From: an uncultured Thermoleophilia bacterium
Lineage (GTDB): Bacteria; Actinomycetota; Thermoleophilia; UBA2241
DNA: 64,000 bases
Direction: 5' to 3'
Assembly (NCBI GenBank): GCA_963702475.1
Contig: CAVPCT010000003.1
Span: 416,001-480,000, forward strand
The translations under genes and the position numbers were made by a program. Positions 1-10,399 of this stretch are shown here, piece after piece (the first letter of the stretch is position 1; every line of letters starts with the position of its first letter). The notes beneath the pieces are model-generated. The model made no database searches. It saw nothing but the letters and a program-made list of their open reading frames with translations, and was not told where the DNA came from.

Positions 1-56
1 CGCATCTGGTAAGGTCGCGGTTCCAGCCGCCACCGAGACGGAGGACCACCGCCACG

Positions 57-1859
57 ATGTCCCTTCTGCGCCTGGACGTCGGCGACCGCCAGGTCGTCAT
101 GCACACGGCCGGAGCTGTGTGCTCGAGCACCCAGGAGCTTGTCGAGAGCCGGGCCTTCGCGCGCGTCGTCGGTCTGTACCTCGACCATCTCGAGAGCCAC
201 GATCCCGCGGCCCTCGACGACCTCGGTCTCGACCACGCCGAGGACCTGGAGTTCGGCCGCGACGACCGGGCGGGCACCGGCGACCCCCGTCGTGCCCGCC
301 TCCTCGACCTGCTGCGGCTGCTCGCCAACAACCCGCTCGAGCGGGTGGCGCGCCTCGGGGTCGGCTCCGCCGACCTGCTGGCGCGCCGCGACCGCCTGCA
401 CGAGTTCATCGAGGGCCTCTACGACTTCTGGCGCCACTGGGACAGGTTCCTCATCGTGCGCGCCGAAGCCGTCCGGGAGCCAAGCGAAGCGCGCCCGTTG
501 CACGGCTTCACCGACACCGTGGACACGCTCGGCTTCCTCGTCCGCACGCTGTACCGCAACGTCGCGGAGCACGTCTCGGGCGGTCGGCCGCGCGTGTACC
601 GGCAGGTGGCGGCCGGCGCGGAGATGGGCGTCTACGCGGCGCCCCAGAAGTGGCCGGTGCCGGCCAAGTACCGCGAGCTGCTCGGCGGCATCCCGTTCGT
701 GCGCCACCTGCTCATGTACCCCCCCATGATGCTCGACCCTCCCTCCAACACGCGCACCGGCGTGTTCACCGAGGTGCAGGACGACCCGCTCGAGGGCCTC
801 GTGCTGCAGCGTGAGGAGTGGCTGTGCTACCCCGCTCTGGTGGGCCGGCTGGTGGTGTTCGTGTACTTCAATCAGCGCTTCGCCGGACTGGGCCTGACGC
901 TCGCCAACCTGTTCGAGATGGCGTCCGACGAGGAGATCGCGGCCGGGCCCGACGCCGTGTACCTCTACGGCGTCCCGCCGGCCGCACTGGCCCGCTACGG
1001 CGACCTGCCCACGGTATTCCACGAGGACACCGCCCGCCGCCTGCTGGTGGCGGCCGTGCCGCTGGAGGACCGCTTCGGGTACTTCGGCTACATCAAGAAG
1101 ATGGTGCTCACGCTGCACAACGTGGCCGTCATGCAGCGCGGACTCATGCCCTTCCACGGGGCGTACGTGCGGCTGAGCCTGGCGGGCGGCCGCACGGCCA
1201 GCGTGCTCATCATCGGCGACACGGCCACCGGCAAGTCCGAGACGCTGGAGGCGCTTCGCGTTGTTGGCGACGAGCGCATCCGGGAGGTGCGCGTCATCGC
1301 CGACGACATGGGCTCGCTCGAGGTCGCGACCGACGGCCGCCTGCTGGGGTACGGCACCGAGATCGGCGCCTTCGTGCGGCTGGACGACCTGCAGCAGGGG
1401 TACGCGTTCGGCCAGCTGGACAGGGCCGTCATCATGAGCCCCAACCGGGTCAACGCGCGCGTTGTGCTCCCGGTGACCACGCTGGAGCACGTGCTGCGCG
1501 GCTACCCGGTCGACTACCTGCTGTACGCCAACAACTACGAGACGGTCGACGCCGACCATCCCGTTCTGGAGCGACTTCCCGACGACGAGGCCGCGCTGGC
1601 CGTGTTCGGGGAGGGCAAGGCCATGGCCAAGGGCACCACCACCGCCACTGGACTGACGACGAGCCTCTTCGCCAACCCCTTCGGGCCGGCGCAGCGGCCG
1701 GAGCAGCACGAGCGGCTGGCGCGGCAGACGTTCGCGGCGGCCTTCCGGGCCGGGGTGTACGTCGGTCAGCTGCGCACGCAGCTCGGTCTGGCAGGCCAGG
1801 GGGTGGCCGGACCACGAGCGGCCGCCGAGGCCCTGCTGGGGCTCATCGCCGGCCGTTGA
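57..1859 (+). CDS. PEP carboxykinase-like P-loop protein (divergent family)
   Basis: 600 aa; P-loop [14 protein letters not shown], upstream PFHGA and downstream IADDMG motifs in the arrangement of the PEPCK/HprK P-loop superfamily; GGAGG SD upstream. Confidence 0.65.
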   Translation: MSLLRLDVGDRQVVMHTAGAVCSSTQELVESRAFARVVGLYLDHLESHDPAALDDLGLDHAEDLEFGRDDRAGTGDPRRARLLDLLRLLANNPLERVARLGVGSADLLARRDRLHEFIEGLYDFWRHWDRFLIVRAEAVREPSEARPLHGFTDTVDTLGFLVRTLYRNVAEHVSGGRPRVYRQVAAGAEMGVYAAPQKWPVPAKYRELLGGIPFVRHLLMYPPMMLDPPSNTRTGVFTEVQDDPLEGLVLQREEWLCYPALVGRLVVFVYFNQRFAGLGLTLANLFEMASDEEIAAGPDAVYLYGVPPAALARYGDLPTVFHEDTARRLLVAAVPLEDRFGYFGYIKKMVLTLHNVAVMQRGLMPFHGAYVRLSLAGGRTASVLIIGDTATGKSETLEALRVVGDERIREVRVIADDMGSLEVATDGRLLGYGTEIGAFVRLDDLQQGYAFGQLDRAVIMSPNRVNARVVLPVTTLEHVLRGYPVDYLLYANNYETVDADHPVLERLPDDEAALAVFGEGKAMAKGTTTATGLTTSLFANPFGPAQRPEQHERLARQTFAAAFRAGVYVGQLRTQLGLAGQGVAGPRAAAEALLGLIAGR

Positions 1860-1887
1860 CGAAGCAGAGACGAGAGAGGAGCGCGAC

Positions 1888-2760
1888 GTGGGGACGCTGT
1901 ACGAGACCAACGAGACCGCCTGGGATCTGATCGCCCGGGGCAAGGTGCGCGACGTGTACGCCTACGCCCCCAACGAGATGCTCATCGTCGTCAGCGATCG
2001 CCTCTCCGCGTTCGACGTCATCCTGCCGACGCCCATCCCCGACAAGGGCATGGTGCTCACGCAGATCTCCAACTTCTGGTTCGCCAAGACCAGCGGCATC
2101 ATCGCCAACCACATCGTCGACCCCGACCCGTTCGCGACCGACAGCGAGCACGCCCACCTGGCAGGGCGGTCGGTCGTCGTGCACAAGGCCCAGGCGCTGC
2201 CGGTGGAGGCGATCGTGCGCGGGTACCTGACCGGCTCGGGGCGCAAGGACTACGAGCGCACCGGTCAGGTCTGCGGCATCCCGCTGCCCAAGGGTCTGGT
2301 CGAAGCCAGCCGCCTGCCCGAGCCGCTGTTCACGCCGTCCACCAAGGCCGAGATCGGCACGCACGACGAGAACATCTCCTTCGAGCAGACCGTGGACCTC
2401 GTCGGCCGGGAGCTGGCCGAACGCGTCCGCGACGCCGCCCTCGAGCTCTACAGCTTCGGCGCCGCCTACGCCCTGGAGCGTGGCATCATCATCGCCGACA
2501 CCAAGTTCGAGTTCGGCATCCTCGACGGGGAGCTCATCCTCATCGACGAGGCGCTCACGCCGGACTCGTCGCGGTTCTGGCCGGCCGACGGCTACGAGAA
2601 GGGCGTCAGCCAGCCGAGCTACGACAAGCAGTACGTGCGCGACTACCTGGAGACGCTGGACTGGGACAAGACGGATCCCGGCCCGGCGCTGCCCGACGAC
2701 GTCGTCAAACGCACGAGCGAGAAGTACCTGGAGGCGTGGCGCCGCCTGACGCAGGAATGA
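1888..2760 (+). CDS. purC: Phosphoribosylaminoimidazolesuccinocarboxamide (SAICAR) synthase
   Basis: [37 protein letters not shown] and DKQYVRD motifs. Confidence 0.97.
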   Translation: MGTLYETNETAWDLIARGKVRDVYAYAPNEMLIVVSDRLSAFDVILPTPIPDKGMVLTQISNFWFAKTSGIIANHIVDPDPFATDSEHAHLAGRSVVVHKAQALPVEAIVRGYLTGSGRKDYERTGQVCGIPLPKGLVEASRLPEPLFTPSTKAEIGTHDENISFEQTVDLVGRELAERVRDAALELYSFGAAYALERGIIIADTKFEFGILDGELILIDEALTPDSSRFWPADGYEKGVSQPSYDKQYVRDYLETLDWDKTDPGPALPDDVVKRTSEKYLEAWRRLTQE

Positions 2761-2873
2761 CGGACGTAGCGGGCTCATCGAGGGGTGCACCGAAGGGACA
2801 CCGCTCCATGACCGACGTAGCAGGGTCAGCGAGAGGCGGGCCGCAGGGGGGCCTCCCAGTGAGCTGCGCGTGA
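2757..2873 (+). repeat. Two tandem 51-bp units of a dispersed junction repeat, forming a 38-aa mini-ORF
   Basis: Units 2757-2807 (atgacggacgtagcgggctcatcgagg...) and 2808-2858 (atgaccgacgtagcagggtcagcgaga...). The ATG overlaps the purC stop (ATGA) and the TGA overlaps the next gene's GTG (GTGA). Confidence 0.75.
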
Positions 2874-3550
2874 GCGGCGACGACATCCCGCAGGCCGCAC
2901 GCCACTGGGACGCGCGGTACGGAAGCGACGGCAAGCTCTGGGGCGACGGCCCCAGCGAGCTGGCTCGCCTCACCGTCGCCCGGCTGCGTCCCTACTCGAC
3001 GCCGGAGCTGTCGGTGCTCGACGTCGGCTGCGGGTACGGGCGCGACACTCGCTACCTGGCGGTCGAGCTTGGCTGCCGGGTGCTCGGCCTGGATCCGTCG
3101 CCCGCGGCCATCACTGCAGCCCGCCGGCAGCGCTCGGCCAGCCTGGACGTCGACTTCGTGGCGTCGGACCTGGTCGAGTTCGCGGCAGGGCTTGGGGACG
3201 ACGCCCGCTTCGACGTCGTCTTCGCCTGCAACGTCTACCACCTGTTGGGGCCGATCGGCCGCCGGGAGTTCGCGGCGGCGCTGGGCGCCGCCGCGCGGCC
3301 CGGCGGCCTCCTCTTTCTCAGCACGCTCTCGCCGCGCGATCCCCAGCACTACGCCGTGGGTCGTCAGGTGCTCGGCGAGGAGCGCAGCTGGGTCGACAAG
3401 GTGTATCTCCATTTCAGCTCGGCGCAGGAGCTGGAGGCCGAGCTGGCCGACTTCCAGATACTCGACCTCGACGAGCGCAGCTACGAGGAGCGGAACCCTG
3501 CCGGCGTGCACCACCACACGAGCTGGTTCGTGGAAGGTCGGCGGCGCTGA
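2870..3550 (+). CDS. Class I SAM-dependent methyltransferase
   Basis: VLDVGCGYGRD motif I, GLDPS motif II, FDVV and ARPGG motifs. Confidence 0.9.
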   Translation: MSGDDIPQAARHWDARYGSDGKLWGDGPSELARLTVARLRPYSTPELSVLDVGCGYGRDTRYLAVELGCRVLGLDPSPAAITAARRQRSASLDVDFVASDLVEFAAGLGDDARFDVVFACNVYHLLGPIGRREFAAALGAAARPGGLLFLSTLSPRDPQHYAVGRQVLGEERSWVDKVYLHFSSAQELEAELADFQILDLDERSYEERNPAGVHHHTSWFVEGRRR

Positions 3551-3593
3551 GGCACGCCGCCCACTGCGGGCCGCCGGCGCCGCGCTTCGCCGC

Positions 3594-4751
3594 CTACCGC
3601 ACGATGCGGTACACGCCGCCGTCGGTCGCGGTCAGATACAGCTCACCTGCGGCATCCTGCCCGAACGACGTGATCCCGGAGAGCGCCCGGTCCAGGCCGG
3701 GCGCCGGCCGCGGCGTCGCGGTGGGTCCGCGGAGTGCCCAGACCCTGGCGCTCGCCCAGTCGCCGTACAGGTACCAGCCGCGCAGTGCGGGGATCGCGCT
3801 TCCGCGATAGACGTAGCCGCCGATGACGGAGACGCCTTGGCGGCGCCCGTACTCCGCTACCGGCCAGACGACGGTGCTCCGCGGCAGCCGGGCGGCGCGC
3901 TCGGCACTGTACACGTTTCGCCCCTCGTAGGCGCTCCAGCCGAGGTTGGCGCCCGGCCTGCGGCGGGGCGCGAGGTAGTCGATCTCCTCCCGGGCGTTCT
4001 GCCCCACGTCCCCGATCCACAGGGCGCCCGTGCGGCTGTCGAACGAGAAGCGCCAGGGGTTGCGCAGCCCCTTGGCGTAGACGGCCACGCGCGGCGCCGA
4101 GTGCGGGGACGCGATGCGCACGATCTTGCCGAGCAAGCTGTCATCGCTTTGGGCGCGGTCGCCCGGGTCGCCGGCGGCCCCGCCGTCGCCGAGGCCGACG
4201 TACAGGCGGCCGTCAGGGCCGAAGGCCAGCTGGCCGCCGTTGTGGTTGGCGTACGGCTGGTCCACAGCGAGGATGACGACGCCGCTGCCGGGATCGGCGA
4301 GGTCGCGGTCGTCGCTTGAGACTCGATACCGCACGACCCGCGTGTCACCGGCGGTGTCGGTGAAGTGAGTGTAGAAGAGGCCGTTCGACGCGTAGCGCGG
4401 GTCGAACGCGAGCCCCAGCAGGCCGCGTTCACCCCCGGTGGAGATCCGTCCGGACACGTCGAGGAACGGGGTCGCCAACGGGCGGCCGTCTTTCACGATC
4501 AAGATGCGGCCGCCCTGCTCGACGACGAAGAGCCGCGAGCGGTCTCCGGGTGGCGCGGTGACGTAGAGGGCGCCGGGGTACGTGCCGGCGATCCGCTCGA
4601 GGCGGACGGCCGGAGGAGACGGGGTCGCCTGGCGCGGCTCGACGCCGGCCTCCGCCTGTCCTTCGCGAAGGGACGAGGCTCCGAGGGCGGCGGCCGCGGC
4701 GACGAGGGCCAGCGCGGCCGCGACGAGCGTGAACAGTCGTGTGCGGCGCAT
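3594..4751 (-). CDS. PQQ-dependent sugar dehydrogenase (glucose/sorbosone dehydrogenase family), exported
   Basis: GERGLLGLAFDP, NHNGGQLAFGPDG, GLRNPWRFSFD and GDVGQNAREEID motifs. Start chosen at MRRTRLFTLVAAALALVAAAAALGA (signal peptide). Confidence 0.9.
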   Translation of the reverse strand: MRRTRLFTLVAAALALVAAAAALGASSLREGQAEAGVEPRQATPSPPAVRLERIAGTYPGALYVTAPPGDRSRLFVVEQGGRILIVKDGRPLATPFLDVSGRISTGGERGLLGLAFDPRYASNGLFYTHFTDTAGDTRVVRYRVSSDDRDLADPGSGVVILAVDQPYANHNGGQLAFGPDGRLYVGLGDGGAAGDPGDRAQSDDSLLGKIVRIASPHSAPRVAVYAKGLRNPWRFSFDSRTGALWIGDVGQNAREEIDYLAPRRRPGANLGWSAYEGRNVYSAERAARLPRSTVVWPVAEYGRRQGVSVIGGYVYRGSAIPALRGWYLYGDWASARVWALRGPTATPRPAPGLDRALSGITSFGQDAAGELYLTATDGGVYRIVR

Positions 4752-4987
4752 GCTGTGAGCATCCCGCGCCGGCCGGCGGGCAAACCAGAGCCTGGGCATG
4801 GCAGCCTGGCGTGCGGCAGGAACCCTCGGGCATGCCGCCGCCGGAGGCTGGACACGGGCGGTGATCCGGCGCAACGGCATTGCCGCGCCCTGCCGGGAGT
4901 ACTGTGTGTTCGTGGAGTGCGCTAGGCCGCCATGTGCACGAGGACTCCCTCGACGAGTCGCATGCGGCCGGACCAGGAGGCTGCACC

Positions 4988-6322
4988 ATGGGGCGACGAC
5001 TTCTGCTGATCAATCCGTCGGCTGCGCACTTCGGACGGGAGAGGTGGAGCCTCGCCGCGTTCGCGACCATGGAGCCGCTCGCCCTGGCGTACGTGGCCGC
5101 GTTGACGCCGCCGGATTGGGAGGTGCGGATCGTCGACGAGACGGTCGAGGGCATGCCCTCGTACTGGAGCTTCGAGCCCGATCTCGTGGGCCTCACGAGC
5201 CAGACGCCCGCCGCGCCGCGTGCGTACGATGTCGCGGCCCACTTCCGCGCTCGTGGTGTGCCGGTGGCCATGGGGGGGATGCACGCGACGTTCTGCGCGG
5301 ACGAGGCGGCACGGTTCGTCGACGTGGTGTGCCAGGGGGAGGCCGAGGGACTGTGGCCGCAGCTCATCGACGATTTCGAGTCCGGAAGGCTTGCCGAGCG
5401 CTACGTGGGCGGCGCGACCGACCTCGCCGATCTGCCCCTGCCGCGCCGCGATCTGTACCGGTATCCGTACCGCGTGGCCCTTGTGACCAGCGCGCGCGGC
5501 TGCAACGAGCGCTGCGAGTTCTGCGCCGTCTGGAAGTTCGAGTCGGGGAGGTTCCGCGTGCGTCCCGTCGAGCAGGTGTTGGCCGAGCTGCCACGCGTGC
5601 CGTCCACGCCGTTCATGATGTTCACCGACGACAACGTGATGGCCGACCGCGATCATGCGCTGGAGGTGTGTCGCGGCATGCAGGAACGAGGGCTGAAGCG
5701 GCGGTTCGCGGTGCAGGCCTCGCTCGACATCGCGGATGACGACGAGTTGCTCGACGCGCTCCGGGCCAGCGGCTGCTTCCTCGTGGAGGTCGGCTTCGAA
5801 TCGCTGAGCGAGGCGACCCTCAAGAGGATGCGGAAGGGCGTCAACCTGCGGGTCGGCGTGGAGCGTTACGGGGAGTTGATCGGTCGGCTGCACGAGCACG
5901 GACTGCTGGTCGTTGGGACGTTCATCTTCGGCAATGACGGTGAAGGGATGGACGTCTTTCGCCGTACCACCGACTTCGTGCTTGACGCCGGCGTCGATCT
6001 GGCGCACTTCGGGCTCCTCACACCTACGCCGGGCACACCGGTCTTCGAGCGGCTCGCGCGCCAGGGGCGTCTGTTGTGGACGCGCTTCCCTGGCGACTAC
6101 GTGCTCTTCCACACCTGGCACTCCACGTTCGTCCCCGACGCCATGTCACCGCATCAGGCCGAGGAGGGGATGGCGACGGTCGCGCGCGACCTCACGCGGT
6201 GGCCGGTCGCGCTGCGACGGGCGGCGCGCACGGGTCTCGACACGCGGAGTCTCACCGCGGCGGCCACGTCACTGCTGTGGACGCGAACAGGGCTGCACCG
6301 GCGAGTGTTCGGTGTGAGGTGA
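4988..6322 (+). CDS. B12-binding domain radical SAM protein
   Basis: PLALAYVAA / PDLVGLT / GGMHAT B12-binding region, then RGCNERCEFC (CxxxCxxC); AGGAGG SD before ATG 4988. Confidence 0.9.
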   Translation: MGRRLLLINPSAAHFGRERWSLAAFATMEPLALAYVAALTPPDWEVRIVDETVEGMPSYWSFEPDLVGLTSQTPAAPRAYDVAAHFRARGVPVAMGGMHATFCADEAARFVDVVCQGEAEGLWPQLIDDFESGRLAERYVGGATDLADLPLPRRDLYRYPYRVALVTSARGCNERCEFCAVWKFESGRFRVRPVEQVLAELPRVPSTPFMMFTDDNVMADRDHALEVCRGMQERGLKRRFAVQASLDIADDDELLDALRASGCFLVEVGFESLSEATLKRMRKGVNLRVGVERYGELIGRLHEHGLLVVGTFIFGNDGEGMDVFRRTTDFVLDAGVDLAHFGLLTPTPGTPVFERLARQGRLLWTRFPGDYVLFHTWHSTFVPDAMSPHQAEEGMATVARDLTRWPVALRRAARTGLDTRSLTAAATSLLWTRTGLHRRVFGVR

Positions 6323-6359
6323 CGCACTCCGACCGTAGTGCGGGAGGCGCGGGCCGCCG

Positions 6360-7184
6360 TCAGGCGTACGTGGCGCGGAAGGCGGCGGCGCTCGCCTGTT
6401 CGGCCTCGGTGACGAGGCCCAGCAGGCGAGCGTGCATGTCTTCGTGCAGGCGCAGCTCGCGGCCGTCCACGTTGGCCACCATCACGATGCCGCGCACGCT
6501 GCTGGTGAGCAGCATGCCGTCGTCCGGGCGCAGGTCGGCGACGCGGGCGTACGCCTCGACGATGGTGAGTCCGGCGGCCGACCCCAGCTCCTCGACCTTC
6601 GCGCGCAGCACGCCGGGCAGGATGGCGCCCTCGGCCGGCGGCGTGACAAGGCCGCCGCCGCGCACCAGGAACAGGTTGGACGTGGCCCCCTCGAACATGC
6701 GCCCCTCGTCGTCCACGAGGATGGCGTCGTCCACGCCGGCAGCCGTCGCCGCGCGCTGCGCGAGGTAGGACTGCATCACCGTCATCGCCTTGAGCTCGGC
6801 GCGGATACGCACGCCCGGGTAGGTGATGACCTGGAGCGGCCGCGCGGGGAACGGGCGCTGGTCGGTCTGGATGAGGAGGTTGGGGGTGCCTCCGGACGCG
6901 CCCGCCGTGACGAGGACTCGGCAGGCGCCGGCGGCGACTCCGGTGGCCCGCGAGATGGCCGTGATCTGGGCGGCCATCTCCGCGCGGCCGGCCGGACGCT
7001 CCAGGCCGAGCGTCTCGAGCCCGCGGTCCAGGCGCGCAACGTGTTCCTCGAAGAACACGGGCACGCCGTCCACCAGCTTGAGCGTCTCGTACAGGCCGAG
7101 GCCGTGCGTGAGGGCGCGGTCGGTGACCGGCAGCGTCGCCTCCTCGACGGGGAGCAGGCCGCCGTTGAGCATCACGAACGTCAT
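6360..7184 (-). CDS. Class IV aminotransferase (ADC lyase PabC / branched-chain aminotransferase-like)
   Basis: DRALTHGLGLYETL, EGATSNLF and ILPGVLR motifs; directly downstream of the chorismate-binding enzyme. Confidence 0.85.
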   Translation of the reverse strand: MTFVMLNGGLLPVEEATLPVTDRALTHGLGLYETLKLVDGVPVFFEEHVARLDRGLETLGLERPAGRAEMAAQITAISRATGVAAGACRVLVTAGASGGTPNLLIQTDQRPFPARPLQVITYPGVRIRAELKAMTVMQSYLAQRAATAAGVDDAILVDDEGRMFEGATSNLFLVRGGGLVTPPAEGAILPGVLRAKVEELGSAAGLTIVEAYARVADLRPDDGMLLTSSVRGIVMVANVDGRELRLHEDMHARLLGLVTEAEQASAAAFRATYA

Positions 7185-7307
7185 GCGCGGAGTCTACAGT
7201 GCCGGGCCCGCCGGCGCCCCCGCCGTTTTGGAGCGGCTTGCGTGCTTCCACGCGCCTCGCGGTCGGTCATCGACGGGTGCGCCAGCTACGCACGGGTCAG
7301 CGACTCA

Positions 7308-7520
7308 GCTACGTCGGTCGCAGGGCGGTGCCCTGCGGCGCCCCGCTCGACAACGCCGCTGCGTGAGTCGCCGACCTGACCGCCTTCGGCCGCGGTCGGC
7401 GAAGGTGCTACGTCGGTTTCTGAGCGGTGCGCCTGCGGCGCCCCGCTCGAAAACGCCGCTGCGTGAGTCGCCGACCTGACCGCCTTCGGCCGCGGTCTGC
7501 GAAGGTACTACGTCGGTTTT
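7308..7520. repeat. ~100-bp tandem repeat (2 full units plus a partial third) containing the dispersed 51-bp element on the minus strand
   Basis: Units start at 7308, 7407 and 7507 (gctacgtcggt...ccgctcga.aacgccgctgcgtgagtcgccgacctgaccgccttcggccgcggtc.gcgaaggt). The third start overlaps the stop codon of the pabB-like gene. Confidence 0.9.
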
Positions 7521-9028
7521 TCGGCGATGCCGGCGCTCACGGCGCGCAGCATGCCGGCCGCCTTGTGCAGCGTCTCCCGGTACTCCTTCTCGGGGACCGA
7601 GTCGGCCACGATGCCCCCGCCCACCTGCAGGAACAGACGGTCACCGAGACGCACGAGCGTGCGGATGATGATGTTGAGGTCGAGCGTGTGCTCGGCCACC
7701 CATCCGAACGACCCGGTATACGGCCCGCGGCGCACGGTCTCGAGCTCGTCGATGATCTCCATGCAACGGACCTTGGGGCAGCCGGTGATGGTGCCGCCGG
7801 GGAACATGGCGCGGATGAGGTCGACGCTGTCGCGCGACGGGTGAAGGTGGCCACGAACGTTGCTGACGATGTGGATGACGTGCGAGTAGTACTCGTTGAC
7901 CATGAGCTCCGAGACGCGCACCGTGCCGTACTCGCACACACGGCCGAGGTCGTTGCGCTCGAGGTCGACGAGCATGATGTGTTCGGCGCGGTCCTTGGGG
8001 TCGAGGTTGAGCTCCTCGGTGAGGGCGTCGTCTTCGGGGGTGCGGTCGCCGCGCGGCCTCGTGCCGGCGATGGGACGCGTCTCCGCCCAGCCCGCACGGT
8101 CCAGGGAGACGAGGCGCTCGGGGGACGACGAGATGAGCTCGTAGTCGCCGAAGTGCAGGTAACCGGCGAAGGGCGACGGGTTGACGGTACGCAGGGTCTC
8201 GTACAGATGCAGGCTCGGCAGCGAGTACATGCCGTCCAGCCGCTGCGAGAGGTTGGCCTGGAAGATGTCGCCCGCGAAGACGTACTCTCGGGCGCGCGCG
8301 ACGACGGCCTCGTAATCGGGGCGGCGGAAGTTGGAGCGGAACACCGACGAGTCCCTGCCGTGGAGCTCTGCGGGCGCCGGCTGCGCGGCGCGCGCGAGGG
8401 CCTCGGCCACGCGCGCCGCCTCCACGCCCGCCTGTTCCGGCGTCGCCGCGAGGCGGTCGAGCAGCAGCACCTCGCCGCTTTCGAGGTCGTAGCGCAGCAG
8501 GCGACCGGGGACGAAGACGTCGATGTCGGGCAGGCCGAGGTCGTCGCGCGTGCTGTCCGGCAGGCGCTCCAGGTAGCGGACGGCGTCGTAGGAGATCAGC
8601 CCGAGCGCGGCCTCGGCCTCGGGAAGGCCCGCGAGGTCGGCCACCCCATGCTGCGCACCTGCAGACCCGGGGTGGCCGTTGCCCGGCGCGGCTGCGGTGA
8701 GCGCCCCGGCCGGCAGCGCCGCCAGCCGCGTGAGCCGTCGGAGCGCCTCGAACGGCGCGAGCGCCGCGAGCTCGGTCGCCCGGCCGCAGAGCTCCCGCGC
8801 CGCGGCGCTCCATGCGGTCTCGGGCTCGGCGAGCACCGTGACGACTCCGGCCCGCGCTCGCAGGCGCACCAAGGGGTGCCACGCGAGGTAGTGCCGGCGG
8901 GCGAGCGCCGGGGACCCGCCGGCCGAGTCGAGGAGCACGACGGGCGCCTGCCCCTCCAGACCCAGGGCGCGCAGCAGCGCCACGGGGTCGAGTGACGGCG
9001 TGCTGAAGCGGGTGAGGACGGGCGGCAT
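7508..9028 (-). CDS. Anthranilate synthase component I / aminodeoxychorismate synthase family protein
   Basis: LLDS, GDIFQANLSQR, SSSPERL, PIAGTRPRG, AEHIMLVDLERNDLGRV and FPGGTITGCPK motifs. Confidence 0.9.
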   Translation of the reverse strand: MPPVLTRFSTPSLDPVALLRALGLEGQAPVVLLDSAGGSPALARRHYLAWHPLVRLRARAGVVTVLAEPETAWSAAARELCGRATELAALAPFEALRRLTRLAALPAGALTAAAPGNGHPGSAGAQHGVADLAGLPEAEAALGLISYDAVRYLERLPDSTRDDLGLPDIDVFVPGRLLRYDLESGEVLLLDRLAATPEQAGVEAARVAEALARAAQPAPAELHGRDSSVFRSNFRRPDYEAVVARAREYVFAGDIFQANLSQRLDGMYSLPSLHLYETLRTVNPSPFAGYLHFGDYELISSSPERLVSLDRAGWAETRPIAGTRPRGDRTPEDDALTEELNLDPKDRAEHIMLVDLERNDLGRVCEYGTVRVSELMVNEYYSHVIHIVSNVRGHLHPSRDSVDLIRAMFPGGTITGCPKVRCMEIIDELETVRRGPYTGSFGWVAEHTLDLNIIIRTLVRLGDRLFLQVGGGIVADSVPEKEYRETLHKAAGMLRAVSAGIAEKPT

Positions 9029-9043
9029 GGAGCGGGGCGAGGT

Positions 9044-10399
9044 TCAGTCCTCGCCGATGTCGTAGTCCTCGGTGAGGCTCAGGGGCAGGAACCGCGTGTA
9101 CTCGCGGTTGAAGCCCAGCCGTACGGTGCCCACACGTCCATGCCTGTTCTTCGCGACCTTGAGCTTGATGATGCCTTTGGACGCAGGGTCGCTCTGGTCT
9201 TCGTAGAGGAACAGGACGAGGTCGGCGTCCTGCTCGATGGCCCCCGACTCGCGCAGGTGCGAGAGGTGGGGCTCGCCACTCGCGCTCGACTCGGGGGAGC
9301 GGTTGAGCTGAGACACGGCGATGATGGGGACCTCCAGCTCGCGGGCCAGCTGCTTGAGCGACCGCGAGATGTTGGCGACCTCCTGCTGCCGGCTCTCGGC
9401 GCGCGAGTCGCCGGCCATGAGCTGCAGGTAGTCGACGATGATGAGAGCCGGCGGCGTCTTGGCGAACAGGCGCCGCGCCTTGGCGCGCAGCTCGAACAGG
9501 TTGAGGTCCGACGAGTCGTCGATGAAGATGTCGGCCTTCTCGAGCACGCCGGCCGCGGTGACGAGCTTGGCCATCTCCTCGCCGGTGAGCCGGGAGGTGC
9601 GCAGCTTGTGCGAGCTCACGCGGGCCTGCGAGCACATGAGGCGCTCGCACAGCTCCAGGGCGCTCATCTCGAGGCTGAAGACGGCCACCGGATGACCGTG
9701 GTCGACGGCCACGTTGTGGGCGATGTTGAGCGCCAGCGAGGTCTTGCCGACACCGGGCCGCGCAGCCAGCACGATGAGGTTGGTCTTCTGGAACCCGCCC
9801 GTGTAGTCGTCGAGGCCGTCGAAGCCGGTGGCGAGGCCGGTGATGCCGTCGCTCTCCTGGCCCTCCTGGATGCGCAGAAAGCTCTCCACGAGGACCTGCT
9901 TGAGGTGCTGGAACTCGGCCACCCGGCGTTGCTGCTGGATGACGAACACCTTCTGTTCTGCTCGGTCGAGGAGCTCGGCGGGAGTGCCGGGGTGCTGGTA
10001 CCCCAGTTCGGCGATCTCGTTGCCCGCCTTGATGAGCGCCCGCAGCACGCTCTGTTCACGGACGATGCCGGCGTAGTACACGGCGTTGGTGGCGGCCGGC
10101 ACGAACTCGGCGAGGGTGTGCACCAGCTCGCGACCGCCGGCCCGCTCGAGGATGCCCTCGCGCTCGAGCTGGGCGCTGAGCGTGACGACGTCGACCTCCT
10201 CGCCGCGCCTGTAGAGCTCGACGACGGCGCGGTAGATGAGACGGTGGGAGTCACGATAGAAGTCCTCGGCGACGAGCGACTCGGTGACCGCCGTGATGGC
10301 GTTGGGGTTGACGAGCATGGCGCCGAGCACAGACTGCTCGGCCTCCTGGTCGTGAGGTGGGAGGCGGATCATCGCCGTGTCGACGGGCTGGACGGCCAT
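9044..10399 (-). CDS. dnaB: Replicative DNA helicase
   Basis: PPHDQEAEQSVLG, AARPGVGKT, FSLEMS, DYLQLM, SQLNR and LRESGAIEQDAD motifs; no intein. Confidence 0.98.
   Translation of the reverse strand: MAVQPVDTAMIRLPPHDQEAEQSVLGAMLVNPNAITAVTESLVAEDFYRDSHRLIYRAVVELYRRGEEVDVVTLSAQLEREGILERAGGRELVHTLAEFVPAATNAVYYAGIVREQSVLRALIKAGNEIAELGYQHPGTPAELLDRAEQKVFVIQQQRRVAEFQHLKQVLVESFLRIQEGQESDGITGLATGFDGLDDYTGGFQKTNLIVLAARPGVGKTSLALNIAHNVAVDHGHPVAVFSLEMSALELCERLMCSQARVSSHKLRTSRLTGEEMAKLVTAAGVLEKADIFIDDSSDLNLFELRAKARRLFAKTPPALIIVDYLQLMAGDSRAESRQQEVANISRSLKQLARELEVPIIAVSQLNRSPESSASGEPHLSHLRESGAIEQDADLVLFLYEDQSDPASKGIIKLKVAKNRHGRVGTVRLGFNREYTRFLPLSLTEDYDIGED

Noticed and set aside
7308-7520. Possible CRISPR array
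   Set aside because: Units are ~100 bp and nearly identical along their whole length; there are no unique spacers and no cas genes.
4988-9028. Secondary-metabolite cluster (radical SAM, methyltransferase, chorismate enzyme)
   Set aside because: The genes are in mixed orientations with no precursor peptide, carrier protein or exporter; the pabB/pabC pair is adequately explained by primary metabolism.
9044-10399. Intein in DnaB
   Set aside because: The 451-aa length is normal and the motifs are contiguous.
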